35,733 nucleotides of DNA from Chiloscyllium plagiosum (lineage: Eukaryota), in NCBI RefSeq assembly GCF_004010195.1, contig NC_057757.1, positions 3,833,729-3,869,461 on the forward strand, read 5' to 3'. The position numbers and the translations under genes are program-made. This document shows positions 11,678-21,556 of the stretch, piece by piece; position 1 is the stretch's first letter; each line of letters opens with the position of its first letter. Under the pieces are notes generated by a model. That model was given only the letters and a program-made list of their open reading frames with translations. It was not told the origin of the DNA and searched no databases.

Positions 11678-12150
11678 AAGCACTGGAGAAACTCAGCAGG
11701 TCTGCAGGAAGAAAGCAGAGTTCATGTTTCGAGTCAAATAGACCCGACCAGATATCTGAAATTAATCTAGTCGCATTTGCCAACATTTGGCCCATTTCCC
11801 TCTAAACCTTTCCTATTCATGTACCCATCCAGAAGCCTTTTAAATGCTGTAATTGTACCAGCCTCCACCATTTCCTCATTCCATACATGTACCACCCTCT
11901 GCGCTAAACGTTGCCCCTCAGGTCCCTTTTAAATCTTTCCCCTCTCGCCTTAAACCTATGTCTTCTAGTTCTGGACTTCCCTACCCAGGGGAAAAGACTT
12001 TGGCTATTCACCCTGAAGATTTTATCAACCTCTCAAGCTTCTCCAGGGACCAGTTCTGACGAAGAGTCACTGGACTCGAAATGTTCTTTCTGCTTTCTAC
12101 CCACACAGATGCTGCCAGACCTGCTGAGTTTCTCCAGCAATTTCTGTTTA
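11678..12150. mobile_element. Palindromic Penelope-like-element-derived insert with a minus-strand CR1 3' end (about 11745-12045) inserted in its centre
   Basis: Left arm ctggagaaactcagcaggtctg..gcagagttcatgtttcgagtc is inverted relative to right arm gactcgaaatgttc..cagacctgctgagtttctccag. Hammerhead-like core at 12056-12081. Confidence 0.65.
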
Positions 12151-12164
12151 TCTGCCTTTACTTA

Positions 12165-12800
12165 CTGAAGCATAGAGTTGAAGAGCAGGAAAGTTATGTG
12201 GGAACTGTATAAAATATCAGTTAGGCCACCCAGTGAAAGAGTATTGGTGCAGTTAGTGAAATCTACATTGTAAGAGGGATGTAAAAGAAATTGGAAAGGG
12301 TGCAGAAAGAGATTTACCAGGAGGTTTCCCAGTCTGGACAGATTTGCCGGAATGTTGCCTGGGTTGGAGAGATTTACCAGGATGTTGCCTGGCCTGCAGA
12401 ATTTCAGAGATGGAGAGAGATTGGACAGACTGGGATTGTTTCCCTTAGAGCAGAGGAGATTGAGAGGGGACATGAATGAGATGGGTAAAACGATGAGAAG
12501 CGCAGACAGGAAGCAACATTTCCCCTTGACGGAGAGACCAACGATCAGGGTGGGGGGATACAAATTGTAGGGAAGGGGCAGGTGGTTTAGAGGGAATACG
12601 AGGAACACAGTTTCACCCGGAAGGTGGTGGGGAATCCGGGACTCGATGTCCCATAACTTTTCAGACGTTTTCAGACGTGCAACAAAGCAGACCATGCCAA
12701 GTGCCAGGAAATGGGATTGAAATATATTCAAGTACTAGTTTTTGACCAGCATCGATCTAATGGGCCAAAGGGCCTTTTTTTTTTTTACTGTGCTGAAGAT
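12165..12800 (+). mobile_element. Old CR1-type LINE 3' fragment with an internal 30-bp triplication (about 12308-12400)
   Basis: ERFTRMLPGL..ERLDRLGLFPLEQRRLRGD. The gagatttaccagga.g.t.cc..g..tgga unit occurs three times. Confidence 0.75.
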
Positions 12801-13479
12801 CTATAATTCCTGCCCCAGCAAGTAGACTCTAGCTCATTGAATATCTACAAAGACCGGTGTGGGTATTGATTCATCAGTGAGGGAGTCAAAGGGTTTGGAG
12901 AGATGGTATGGAGTTCAGTAATAAGCCAGATCAACCAGGAACAACAGGGTAGGCTCGAGGGGCTGAATGGCCTACTCCTAGCCCACTTTCATGAGATTGC
13001 TTGGCTTGACCTCATTGAATGCTGGATGGGCTGAATGGCTGATGTCTTGCGGTCCCGGATTACCCCTTGAGGAGGCGCTGGTGAGCTACCTTCATGAAGT
13101 CCATTGCAAATGGTGAAGGGTGAGCCTTGATGCTAATCCTTGTCTTGATAGGAACACTAGTAGGCCATTCAGCCCCTCTAGGCTGCTCCACCATTCACTA
13201 AGACTGTGGTTGATCCATGGCCTAACTCCATATGCCTGCTTGGGTCCATATCCCTTGATGCCCTTGCTAAAGAAAATATGTTGCCTTTCTCAGACTTCAA
13301 CTTAACCATTAAATTAGCATCATTTGTAGAAGAGAGTCCCAAATCTCTATCACCCTTTATGTGTAGCAGGACTTCCTAATGTCTCTCCTGACCGAACGTT
13401 TAGACTATTTCCTCTTGGTTTATTTTTATCTACCTGGTAATGTCCTGAAGACCTCAATCGGATACCAAAGCAGACCATG

Positions 13480-14310
13480 CTCAAATGCAACAAGATCTGG
13501 ACAATATCCAGGCTTAGGCTGACAGGTGGCATCTAACATTATGCCACACAAATGCCAGACAATGGCCATCACCAATAAGAGGCAATCTAACCACTGCCCC
13601 TTGACGTTCAATGGTGTTGCCATCACCAAATTCCCCACCATCAACATCCTGGGGGTTGCCATTAACTGGACTTGCCACATAAACGCAACGGCTATAAGAA
13701 CAGGTCAGAGGCTATGATTACTGCGGCAAGTAACTCACCTCCTGACTCCCCAAAGCCTGTCCACCATCCACACGGCCTGAGTCAGGAGTATGAGGGAATA
13801 CTCCCCACTTGCCCTGGGTGGGGGCAGTTCTAGCAACACTTAAGAAGCTCGACACCATCCAGGGACAAAGTAGCCCCCGCTTGATTGGCACCACATCCAC
13901 AAACATCCCCTCCCTCCCCCACCGATGCTCAGCAGCAGCAGTGTGTTCCATCTACAAGATGCACTGCTGCAATTCACCAAAGATCCTTCGCGAGCACCTT
14001 CCCAACCCACGGCCACCTCCATCGAGGAGGACAAGGGGCAGCCGATACATGGGAACACCACCACGTTCAAGTTCCCCTCCGAGCCGCTCACCATCCTAAC
14101 TGGGAAATATATTGGCCGTTCCTTCAATATCGCTGGGTCAGAGTCCTGGAGCTCCCTCCCTAACGACACTGTGTGGGTCAACCCACAGCAGGTGGACTGC
14201 AGCGGTTCATGATGGCAGCTCCTCCTCACCTTCTCAAGGGGAAACTAGGGATGGGCAATAAATGCTGGTTCCAGCCAGCAATACCCATCTCCTACAAATA
14301 AATTTTAAAA
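13480..14310 (+). mobile_element. 3' end of a different non-LTR retrotransposon family (L2/CR1-group RT C-terminus)
   Basis: DLDNIQA..W....PHKCQTM.I..K..PLTFNG..I....TINILGV..NW..HI...and EYSPLAW-like motifs. Ends gggatgggcaataaatgctgg...aaataaatttt. Related fragments at about 14960-15220 (-) and 21920-22110 (-). Confidence 0.75.
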
Positions 14311-14413
14311 AAGATCACCCCTTCACCTTCTAAATTCTGGAGAATAGAAGCCTGATTTTTCTAATCTTTCCCCATAACGTAGCCCCTGAAGTCCTAGTAT
14401 CATGCTTGGAAAT

Positions 14414-14554
14414 AGGTAAAAACAATGACTGCAGATGCTGGAAACCAGATTTTGGATTAGTGGTACTTGAAGAGCATAGCAGTTCAGGCAGCATCCGAGG
14501 AGTTCCTCATATGCTGCCTGAACTGCTGTGCTCTTCCAGCACCACTAATCCAAA
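14414..14554 (+). mobile_element. Short palindromic Penelope-like insert with a 15-bp target-site duplication
   Basis: atcatgcttggaaat at 14399-14413 and 14555-14569. Body gattttggattagtggtacttgaagagcatagcagttcaggcagcat is inverted against atgctgcctgaactgctgtgctcttccagcaccactaatccaaaatc. Confidence 0.75.
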
Positions 14555-15229
14555 ATCATGCTTGGAAATGTGTGTTGTACTCCCTCCAGGGTCAAAACAT
14601 CCCTCTTAAGGTATGGTGTATAGATCTGTTCTAAATAGGGTCTAACTAGGGTTTTTTATGGTATAATGTCTGCATTCCTATGCTCCTATGCCAGCACTCT
14701 GTCAGTCTTCCTGAATACTTTCTGCATCTGTTTATGGGCATTTTAAAGAGCTCCACACCTGAATCCCCAAACCTCATGAAACTCACAAAGGTGAACATTA
14801 CACCTTTGGCAGTCTCTCTTTATATGTGCTCCGGTACTCGACTCATCAGTGTTCCTCACCTATGTGTCAGCACAGTGCTATTACCACCCATCTCTCATCC
14901 AAGTTCCTTCAGTTGTGCCAGGCTCCTGAAAGAGTTCATGAGTTGGAGAGACACCCACATTAGGGAGGGAGTTCCAGGATTTTGACCAAACGACACTGAA
15001 GGAATGGCCAAAACATTTCCAACTCAAGATAGTGGGTTGCTTGGAGGGGAACTTTCAGGGGGTTGGTGTTCCCATGTATCTGCTGCCTTTGCCCTTCTAG
15101 ATGGTAGAGATTGTGGGTTGGGAAGGTGCTGTTGGAGGAGCCTTGGTGAGTTGCATCTTGTAGATGGTACACACTGCTATGACTGTACATGGGTGATGGA
15201 GGGAGTGGATACTGAAGGTCTATGATTAA

Positions 15230-16110
15230 AGGTAGGCACAGCAGGCAATGAGGAAAGCGAATGGAGCGCTCTCCTTCATAGTGAGACGATTTGAGTATTG
15301 GAGTAGGGATGTCTTGCTGCAGTTATACAGGGCCTCGGTACCACCACACCTTGGGTATGGTGTGCAGTTTTGGTCTCCTAGTCTGAGGAATTCTTGCTAT
15401 TGAGGGAGTCCAGCGAAGGTTCTCCAGACTGATTCCCGGGTTGGCAGGACTGACATATGAGGAAAGACTGGATCGACTGGGCTTGTACTCACTGGAATTT
15501 AGAAAAATGGGAGGGGGGGGAGCTCCTTTAGAAACATATAAAATCCTGATGGGACTGGACAGGCTAGATGTGGGAAGAACATTCCCAATGTTGAGGGAGA
15601 TCCAGAACCAAGGGATCACAGTCTAAGAATAAGGGGGTAAGCTATTCAGGATGGAGATGAGGAAGAATTTCTTCACTCTGAGAGAGTTGGGAACCTGTGG
15701 AATTGTCTCCCACAGGAAGCGTGACGAAAGTGAGGACTGCAGATGCTGGAGACCAGAGTCGAGAGTGTGGTGCTGGGAAATCACAGTAGGTCAGGCAGCA
15801 TCCGAGGAGCAGGAAAATTGACGTCTCGGCCCTTCATTTCCTAATTTTCTTGCTCCTAGGATGCTGCCTGACCTGCTGTGCTTTTCCAGCACCACTCTCT
15901 CGACTCCCACAGCAAGCTGTAGGGGCTAGTTCATTCGACATATACAACAGGGAGCCGGGTGTGGTGCTTGCAGCTAGAGGGATCAAGGGAGACAGGGAGA
16001 GGGCGGAAATGGGATACTGAAATCGCACGGACAGCCATGATCATATTGAATGGTGGGAACAGGCTGGAAGGGCTGAATGGCCTACTCCTGTACTTATTAT
16101 CTCTGTTTCT
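15230..16110 (+). mobile_element. CR1-type LINE 3' part interrupted by a palindromic insert
   Basis: VQFWSP, RRFSRLIPGLAGLTYEERLDRLGLYSLEFRK, NFF..RV..LWN, then the 3' UTR gggctgaatggcctactcctg. Confidence 0.8.
15721..15903 (+). mobile_element. Short palindromic Penelope-like insert with a 14-bp target-site duplication
   Basis: ctcccacaggaagc (15707-15720) and ctcccacagcaagc (15904-15917). Inverted arms gagtcgagagtgtggtgctgg..gtcaggcagcatcc and ggatgctgcctgac..ccagcaccactctctcgactc. Confidence 0.75.
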
Positions 16111-16147
16111 ATGTTCGCCTTGCAATCAATGCACAGACAATGAGGAT

Positions 16148-16667
16148 CATAGAACATAGAACATAGAACATTACAGCGCAGTACAGGCCCTTCGGCCCTC
16201 GATGTTGCGCCGCCCTGTCATACTATTCTGAAGCCCATCCCACCTACACTATTCCACGTACATCCATTTGCCTGTCGACTTAAATTCACTTAAACTTGGT
16301 GAATTTACTACCATTGCAGGCAAAGCATTCCATACCCTTACTACTCTCTGAGTAAAGAAACAACCTCTGACATCTGTCTTATATTTATCTCCCCTCACTT
16401 TAAAGTTGTGTCCCCTTGTGTTTGCTGTCCCCATATTTGGAAAAAGGCTCTCCCTGTCCACCCTATTTAGCCCTCTGATTACTTTGTATGTCTCTATTAA
16501 GTCACCTCTCAACCTTCTTCTCTCTAACGAGAACAGCCTCAAGGCCCTCAGCCTTTCCTCGTAAGACATTCCTTCCATACCAGGCAAAATCCTAATAAAT
16601 CTCCTCTGCATCCTTTCCAAAGCTTCCACATCCTTCTTATAATGCGGTGACCAGAACTGTACACAAT
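16148..16667 (-). mobile_element. CR1-type LINE 3' end with a (catagaa)n tail
   Basis: ORF 16249-16695 (YCVQFWSPHYKKDVEALERMQRRF..RLRGDLIETYK..TRGHNFK..FFTQRVVRVWNALP). Confidence 0.9.
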
Positions 16668-16887
16668 AACTAGGGTTATTCACAGAATGTGGCACTGGGA
16701 TGTACCAACTAACTCCAGTGCCTTGGCGGTCTTTCTTTACATGTGCTCTGGGTACTCAGTTCAAGAAAGACGGGCAGTCTTTTGCCACTCAGCGCCATGT
16801 GGGTGACAGACTGGTAACACGGGGAAGGGAGTGCTGGTGCGGTTGCTTGGTCACAGAAATTGACCTTCTTTGTTGCATTTTTCCCAG

Positions 16888-17069
16888 GTTGCTGCGCGTT
16901 CTGGTGTATGCCTTGCTTCATGTGCAAGACTGTGGACCAGTTCGGGGAGTGCCTCTGTCTGCCATTACTGGACACCAGCTGCAATGGCTGCGGTTATATC
17001 AGCACAGGAGCGATTCCACCCGTCTCCCTCGCAATGCGTGTTGCGTTCCGCGAGAGGCACGGAATTCCG
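16888..17069 (+). CDS. Internal coding exon of a PLAC8/cornifelin-family (Cys-rich, ponzr-like) gene
   Basis: Acceptor ttctttgttgcatttttcccag|GT at 16887/16888 and donor CCG|gtaagt at 17069/17070. Phase-1 start, phase-0 end. Translates to (x)CCAFWCMPCFMCKTVDQFGECLCLPLLDTSCNGCGYISTGAIPPVSLAMRVAFRERHGIP, with the CCxxWCxPC, GECxCLP and RxRxGI motifs typical of the PLAC8 domain. CpG-retaining relative to the flanks. Confidence 0.92.
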
Positions 17070-17257
17070 GTAAGTGGGACAGCGTGCCTGTCACCGCTCT
17101 CTCCAGGCTCCACCTCCTGTCCAGTCAATTTAGATCTAGATTTAGTTTTTATTGTCACATGTACTCAAGTACGGTACACAAGACCCCACTGTACGATGGC
17201 AAGGTGTACATTTAGCCCGTTCAGTTCTGTGCTAGCTCTTTCCTCTGTGATTGAAAC

Positions 17258-17721
17258 ATAGAGTCATACAGCACAGAAATAGACCCCTTGGTCCAACTCG
17301 TCCATGCCGACCAGATATCCTAGATTAATCTAGTCCCATTTGCCAGCATTTGGCCCCATATCCCTCTAAACCCTTCCTATTCATGTACCCATCCAGATGC
17401 CTTTTAAATGCTGTAATTGTACCAGCCTCCACCACTTTCTCTGGCAGTTCGTTCCATACATGTACCACCCTCTGTGTGAAACAGTTGTCCCTTTTGTCCC
17501 TTTTAAACTTTCTCCTTCTCACCTTAAACCTATGCCCTCTAGTTCTGGACACCACGAGCCCAGAGAAAAGACCTTGCCTGTTTATCCTATCCATGACCCT
17601 CATGATTTTATAAACCTTGGTCAGGTCACCCCTCAGCCTCCGATGCTCCAGGGAAAAAAAGTCCCAGCCTATTCAGCCTCTCATTATAACTCAAACCCTC
17701 TAGTCTCAGTAATATCCTTGT
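17258..17721 (-). mobile_element. CR1/HER1-type LINE 3' end (intronic)
   Basis: ORF 17325-17603 (SRTRGHRFKVR..FTQRVVHVWNELPE..FKRHLD). Confidence 0.9.
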
Positions 17722-18168
17722 CCTTGTAGCTCTATCAGTTTGCTGAGTAGCACCTCCTCTGTAACCTCCTTGTTAACACCTCCTGAATCACTGCTGTTAC
17801 TGAAATGTTATTGTATTCTCTCTACAATGAAGATGGAAGCAAAATATTTGTTAATTTCTTTATTGTTCACATGAAAGCTGCACTCTCTAGAGGACCAAAA
17901 CGCGTTTACAGACACGTGTCCCTTAAAAATACCTGTAGAAAGTCTTGCTATCTATTTTAACATTTCTACCTCTCTCTCCTACTCTAATCTCTTCCTTCCC
18001 ATTAGCCTCTTCGTCACTCTACACTGTTCTTTATGTTGCTTTGTGCAATGGTACATTTTTTGCCCTAAATTCAAAACCTTCCCTAACTCCCTCGGATAGC
18101 GGGAGCCCCCTTTCGAATGGCAAGAATATTGTCATTCTCAATATTCTGAAATAGTCTGTTGTAGAATC

Positions 18169-18461
18169 TCTTATTTTAGTCAATAAATCTTGTCCAGGGG
18201 CCTCGGGTAATTGACACGTTTCTTCACGATATCAGGGGGTGGAGGGGGAAGAGGTTATAGCTCATTATAACTCTCTTATTATATGAGAGTTATAATGAGC
18301 CTCTCATTATAACTCAAACCCTCTATTGTTGGGAATATCCTTGTCCCTGGAGCTCTATCAGTTTGCAGAGTAGCAAAGTCACTGACCTCTTCCCCTGATA
18401 TCATAAACAAGAGCGTCAATTACTCGAAGCCTATGGACGAGATTTATTAGCTAAAGCAAGA
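18169..18461. repeat. Foldback/MITE-like element: about 80-90 bp imperfect inverted arms around a rearranged loop
   Basis: 18169-18257 (tcttattttagtcaataaatcttgtcc..gtaattgac..gatatcagggg..aagaggtta) is the reverse complement of 18383-18461. Confidence 0.75.
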
Positions 18462-18619
18462 AAAATGTGCCTGGGGACAAGTGTAGTAAGGCCACACCCG
18501 GAGTACGTCAGGAAGTTTCGGTTTCCTGACTTGTAGAGAGATGTACTTTCACTCAGGATGTGAGCGTCGATGGGTAACCAGCAGGTTACTCCCCCTGAAA
18601 TAATCAGGCTACCTTTTAA

Positions 18620-19340
18620 TCTTGGAACAGACCCTAAGAGCCTCAGACATAGGAACGGAGACAGGCCAGTCAGCCCGTTCCATCATTCGAAGGCATCGTG
18701 GCTGGACTGATATTCCGCACGTCCGCTTTCCTGCCCTTTCCCTTGACCAAGAATCTGTCTCGGTCTCAGAGGACTCTGTACCCGCCACAGCCTTCTGTCT
18801 CAAGAAGCTCCGCAGACTCATAACCCTCTGAGGGAAGAGATGCCTCCTCATCTCAGGGGCCCCTTTATCCTGAGGCAGTGCCCTCTGGTCCTATGAGGGG
18901 AAACATCCTCCCAGCACTAACCCTTAAGAATCTGATATGTTTCAATGAGAACACCTCTCCAGTGAGTACAGTCCCAACCTGCTTAGCTTCTGCTCAGAAC
19001 ACAATCCCCTCCACCCCAGGGGATCATTTCTCTGAACCGCCTCCAGTGAAATGATATCTTTCCTTAAATAAGGAACTGCTGGCAGTCCTCCAGATGTGGT
19101 CTCCCCCAGTACCTTGTACAGTTGCAGTAAGACTTCCTTATTCTTATAGTCCAACCCTCTTGAAATAAGGGCCAGCATTCCATGACCCTTCTTGATTCCC
19201 TGCTACCCATGTGTGCTAGCTTTTTGAGCTTCCCCCCCACCCAAGTCCCTTTGTGTCATAGTTTTCTGAAGTTTCTCTCCAAAACTCTGTTCTTCTCCTT
19301 TCCAAAGTGAGCATCTTCAGATTTTCCCACATTATGCAAC
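18620..19340 (-). mobile_element. Old CR1-type LINE 3' fragment
   Basis: ORF 18942-19178 (MLALISRGLDYKNKEVLLQLYKVL..YLRKDIISLEAVQR..RLGLYSLE). Confidence 0.75.
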
Positions 19341-19372
19341 ATTTGCCAACTTACTTAATCAAGAGTAAAGAA

Positions 19373-20405
19373 TGTTTGCCTTTAATTGGTCAGAGCATCG
19401 AGTGTAGGAGTTGGGAGGTCATTTGCGTCTGTAGAAGACATTGGTTAGGCGACTTTTGGAATACTGTGTTCAGTTCTGGTCTCCCTGCTACAGGAAGGAT
19501 GTTGTGAAACTTGAAAGGGTTCAGAAAACATTCACAAGGATGTTGTTTGCCTTTAATTGGTCAGAGCATCGAGTGTAGGAGTTGGGAGGTCACTTGCGTC
19601 TGTAGAAGACATTGGTTAGGCGACTTTTGGAATACTGCGTTCAGTTCTGGTCTCCCTGCTACAGGAAGGATGTTGTGAAACTTGAAAGGGTTCAGAAAAC
19701 ATTCACAAGGATGTTGCCAGGATTGGAGGGTTTGACCCCTAGGGAGAGGCTGTTTGCCCTGCAGCGTTGGAGGCTGACGGGTGACCTTATAGAGATTTAT
19801 AAAATCATGAGGGGGATGGATAGCGTAAATAGTCGAGGTCTTTTCCCTGGGGTGGGGGAGTCCATAACTCGAGGGGCATAGGTTTAAGGCGACAGGGGAA
19901 AGATATAAAAAGGACCTGAGGGTCAGCTTTTTCACACAGAGGATGGTGCGTGTATGGAATGAGCTGCCAGAGGAAGTGTTGGAGGCTGGTACAATTACAG
20001 CATTTAAAGTCATAGAAATGTACAGCATGGAAACAGACCCCAATTTGTCCGTACCGACCGAATAACCTAACATAATCTAGTCCCATTTGCCAGCACTTGG
20101 CCCATATCCCTCTAAACCCTTTCTATTCCATTACTCATCCAGATGCCTTTTAAATACCATAATTGTACCAGCCTCCACCACTTCCTCTGGCAGCTCATTC
20201 CATACATGCACCACCCTCTGCCTGAAAAAGTTGCTCCTTAGGTCCCTTTTATACCTTAAAAGGCATCTGGATGGGTAAATGAATAGGAAGGGTTGAGAGA
20301 GATATGGACCAAGTGCTGACAAATGCGACTCGATTAGGTTCAGCTATCTGGTCGGCATGGATGAGTTGGATAGAAGGGTCTGTTTCTGTGCTGTATGGCT
20401 CCATG
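19373..20405 (+). mobile_element. CR1/HER1 LINE 3' part with a 171-bp tandem duplication and an inverted CR1 3' end (about 20010-20255) nested inside
   Basis: LLEYCVQFWSPCYRKDVVKLERVQK. 19373-19543 is repeated at 19544-19714. The plus copy resumes at ttaaaaggcatctggatggg at about 20256. Confidence 0.85.
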
Positions 20406-20714
20406 ACAAAGGACAGTACAGGAACAAGTCGATCAACAACTCCTCTGCAAATCATTTGCATCTCTTTTGCAACCCGCCTTTCCAGCTATTTTTGCATTTG
20501 GTAACGCTGCGTTCACTTCCTCCCTGTCGGTCATCAGAGTGTTGGGAAAGGTGGGGAGGGTGGGAAGGGCACTGGGTAGGATGGGGAACAGGCTTTTCGG
20601 AACTATTCTACCATTTCCACCTGGGTTCTGCGAGAGTGGGGAATGACTGACGCCCGACGGCTGTGTTTGTGAACCCAGAAATGAGCTGTTTCTTTGTGTC
20701 TCTCCCATACCCAG

Positions 20715-21005
20715 GGCTCCATCTTCAATGACTGCTGCATCATGTACTGGTGCAACTGCTGTGGCTGGTGCCAGATCGCGCGGGAGATGAAGGCGCGCAA
20801 GAGTGCCGTGACGGTGATTAATGCCAGCACCACTGTGCTGCCCCACCCCACCTACATGCCCCAGCCTAACTACGCTGGGCAGCCTGGCTACGCTGGGCAG
20901 CCTGGCTACGCTGGGCAGCCTGGCTATGCCCCCCCGCCTGGCAATGCGCCCCAGCCTGGCTACGCACCCCCTGCCAACCAGGTGGCACCATACCCCCCTA
21001 AATGA
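20715..21005 (+). CDS. Terminal coding exon of the PLAC8/cornifelin-family gene, with a Pro/Gly/Tyr/Gln-rich repeat tail
   Basis: Acceptor tttctttgtgtctctcccatacccag|GGC at 20714/20715 joins in phase 0 to the previous exon (..RHGIP|GSIFNDCCIMYWCNCCGWCQIAREMK..), completing the PLAC8 GS-x-x-xDC...CxxC-x-x-CQxxRE motif. Stop TGA at 21003-21005. Confidence 0.92.
   Translation, partial: GSIFNDCCIMYWCNCCGWCQIAREMKARKSAVTVINASTTVLPHPTYMPQPNYAGQPGYAGQPGYAGQPGYAPPPGNAPQPGYAPPANQVAPYPPK
20862..20969 (+). repeat. Coding 18-bp tandem repeat (6 units) encoding QPNYAG QPGYAG QPGYAG QPGYAP PPGNAP QPGYAP
   Basis: Unit cagcctggctacgctggg read directly and in frame within the terminal exon. Confidence 0.9.
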
Positions 21006-21329
21006 AGTGATGGAACCCACCGCAGGACGTGGGGGCACAGGAGAGACATGGCGACACTCCACGGCAAAGATCTGTCCTTGAATGTCGGCAGGAGATGACC
21101 ATTCCTGTGTAATATTAAAGGTTACAGCTAGTGCACTTTAATCTGTCTTTCTCAAGGCTTCGTCTACTAAGGGAAGGGGTCTGTCTCCGAAAGGTCTTTC
21201 CATCGCATTTCTTTCATCGTTCTTGTAATCACTCCCTGTCTCTTTCTTCGATGGGACTATATGTTATCCTGCTCTCTCTCCATTCCCCAGCCCCCCTATC
21301 TCTCTCTCTCTCTCCATTCCACAACCCCC

Positions 21330-21556
21330 CTCTCTCACAGAGAGAGATCTGTACACTGACTGGTGTCTCTCAGTCCCACCTCTCTCAGGGAGATATCTGT
21401 ACACTGTCTGGTATCTCTCAATCCCCTCTCTCTGAGGGAGATATCTGTGCACTGACTGGTGTCTCTCAGTCCCCACTCTCTCTCAGGGAGATAACTGTAC
21501 ACTGACTGGTGTCTCTCATGCCCCTCTCTCTCTCAGGGAGATATCTGTACACTGAG
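21330..21556. repeat. About 47-51 bp minisatellite (about 4.5 copies) in the putative 3' UTR
   Basis: Unit approximately ctctctcagggagatatctgtacactgactggtgtctctcagtcccc repeated in tandem. Confidence 0.85.

Noticed and set aside
20433..21062. 209-aa minus-strand ORF with ARLPSV repeats
   Set aside because: Antisense shadow of the GC-rich PLAC8 terminal exon and its 18-bp repeat.
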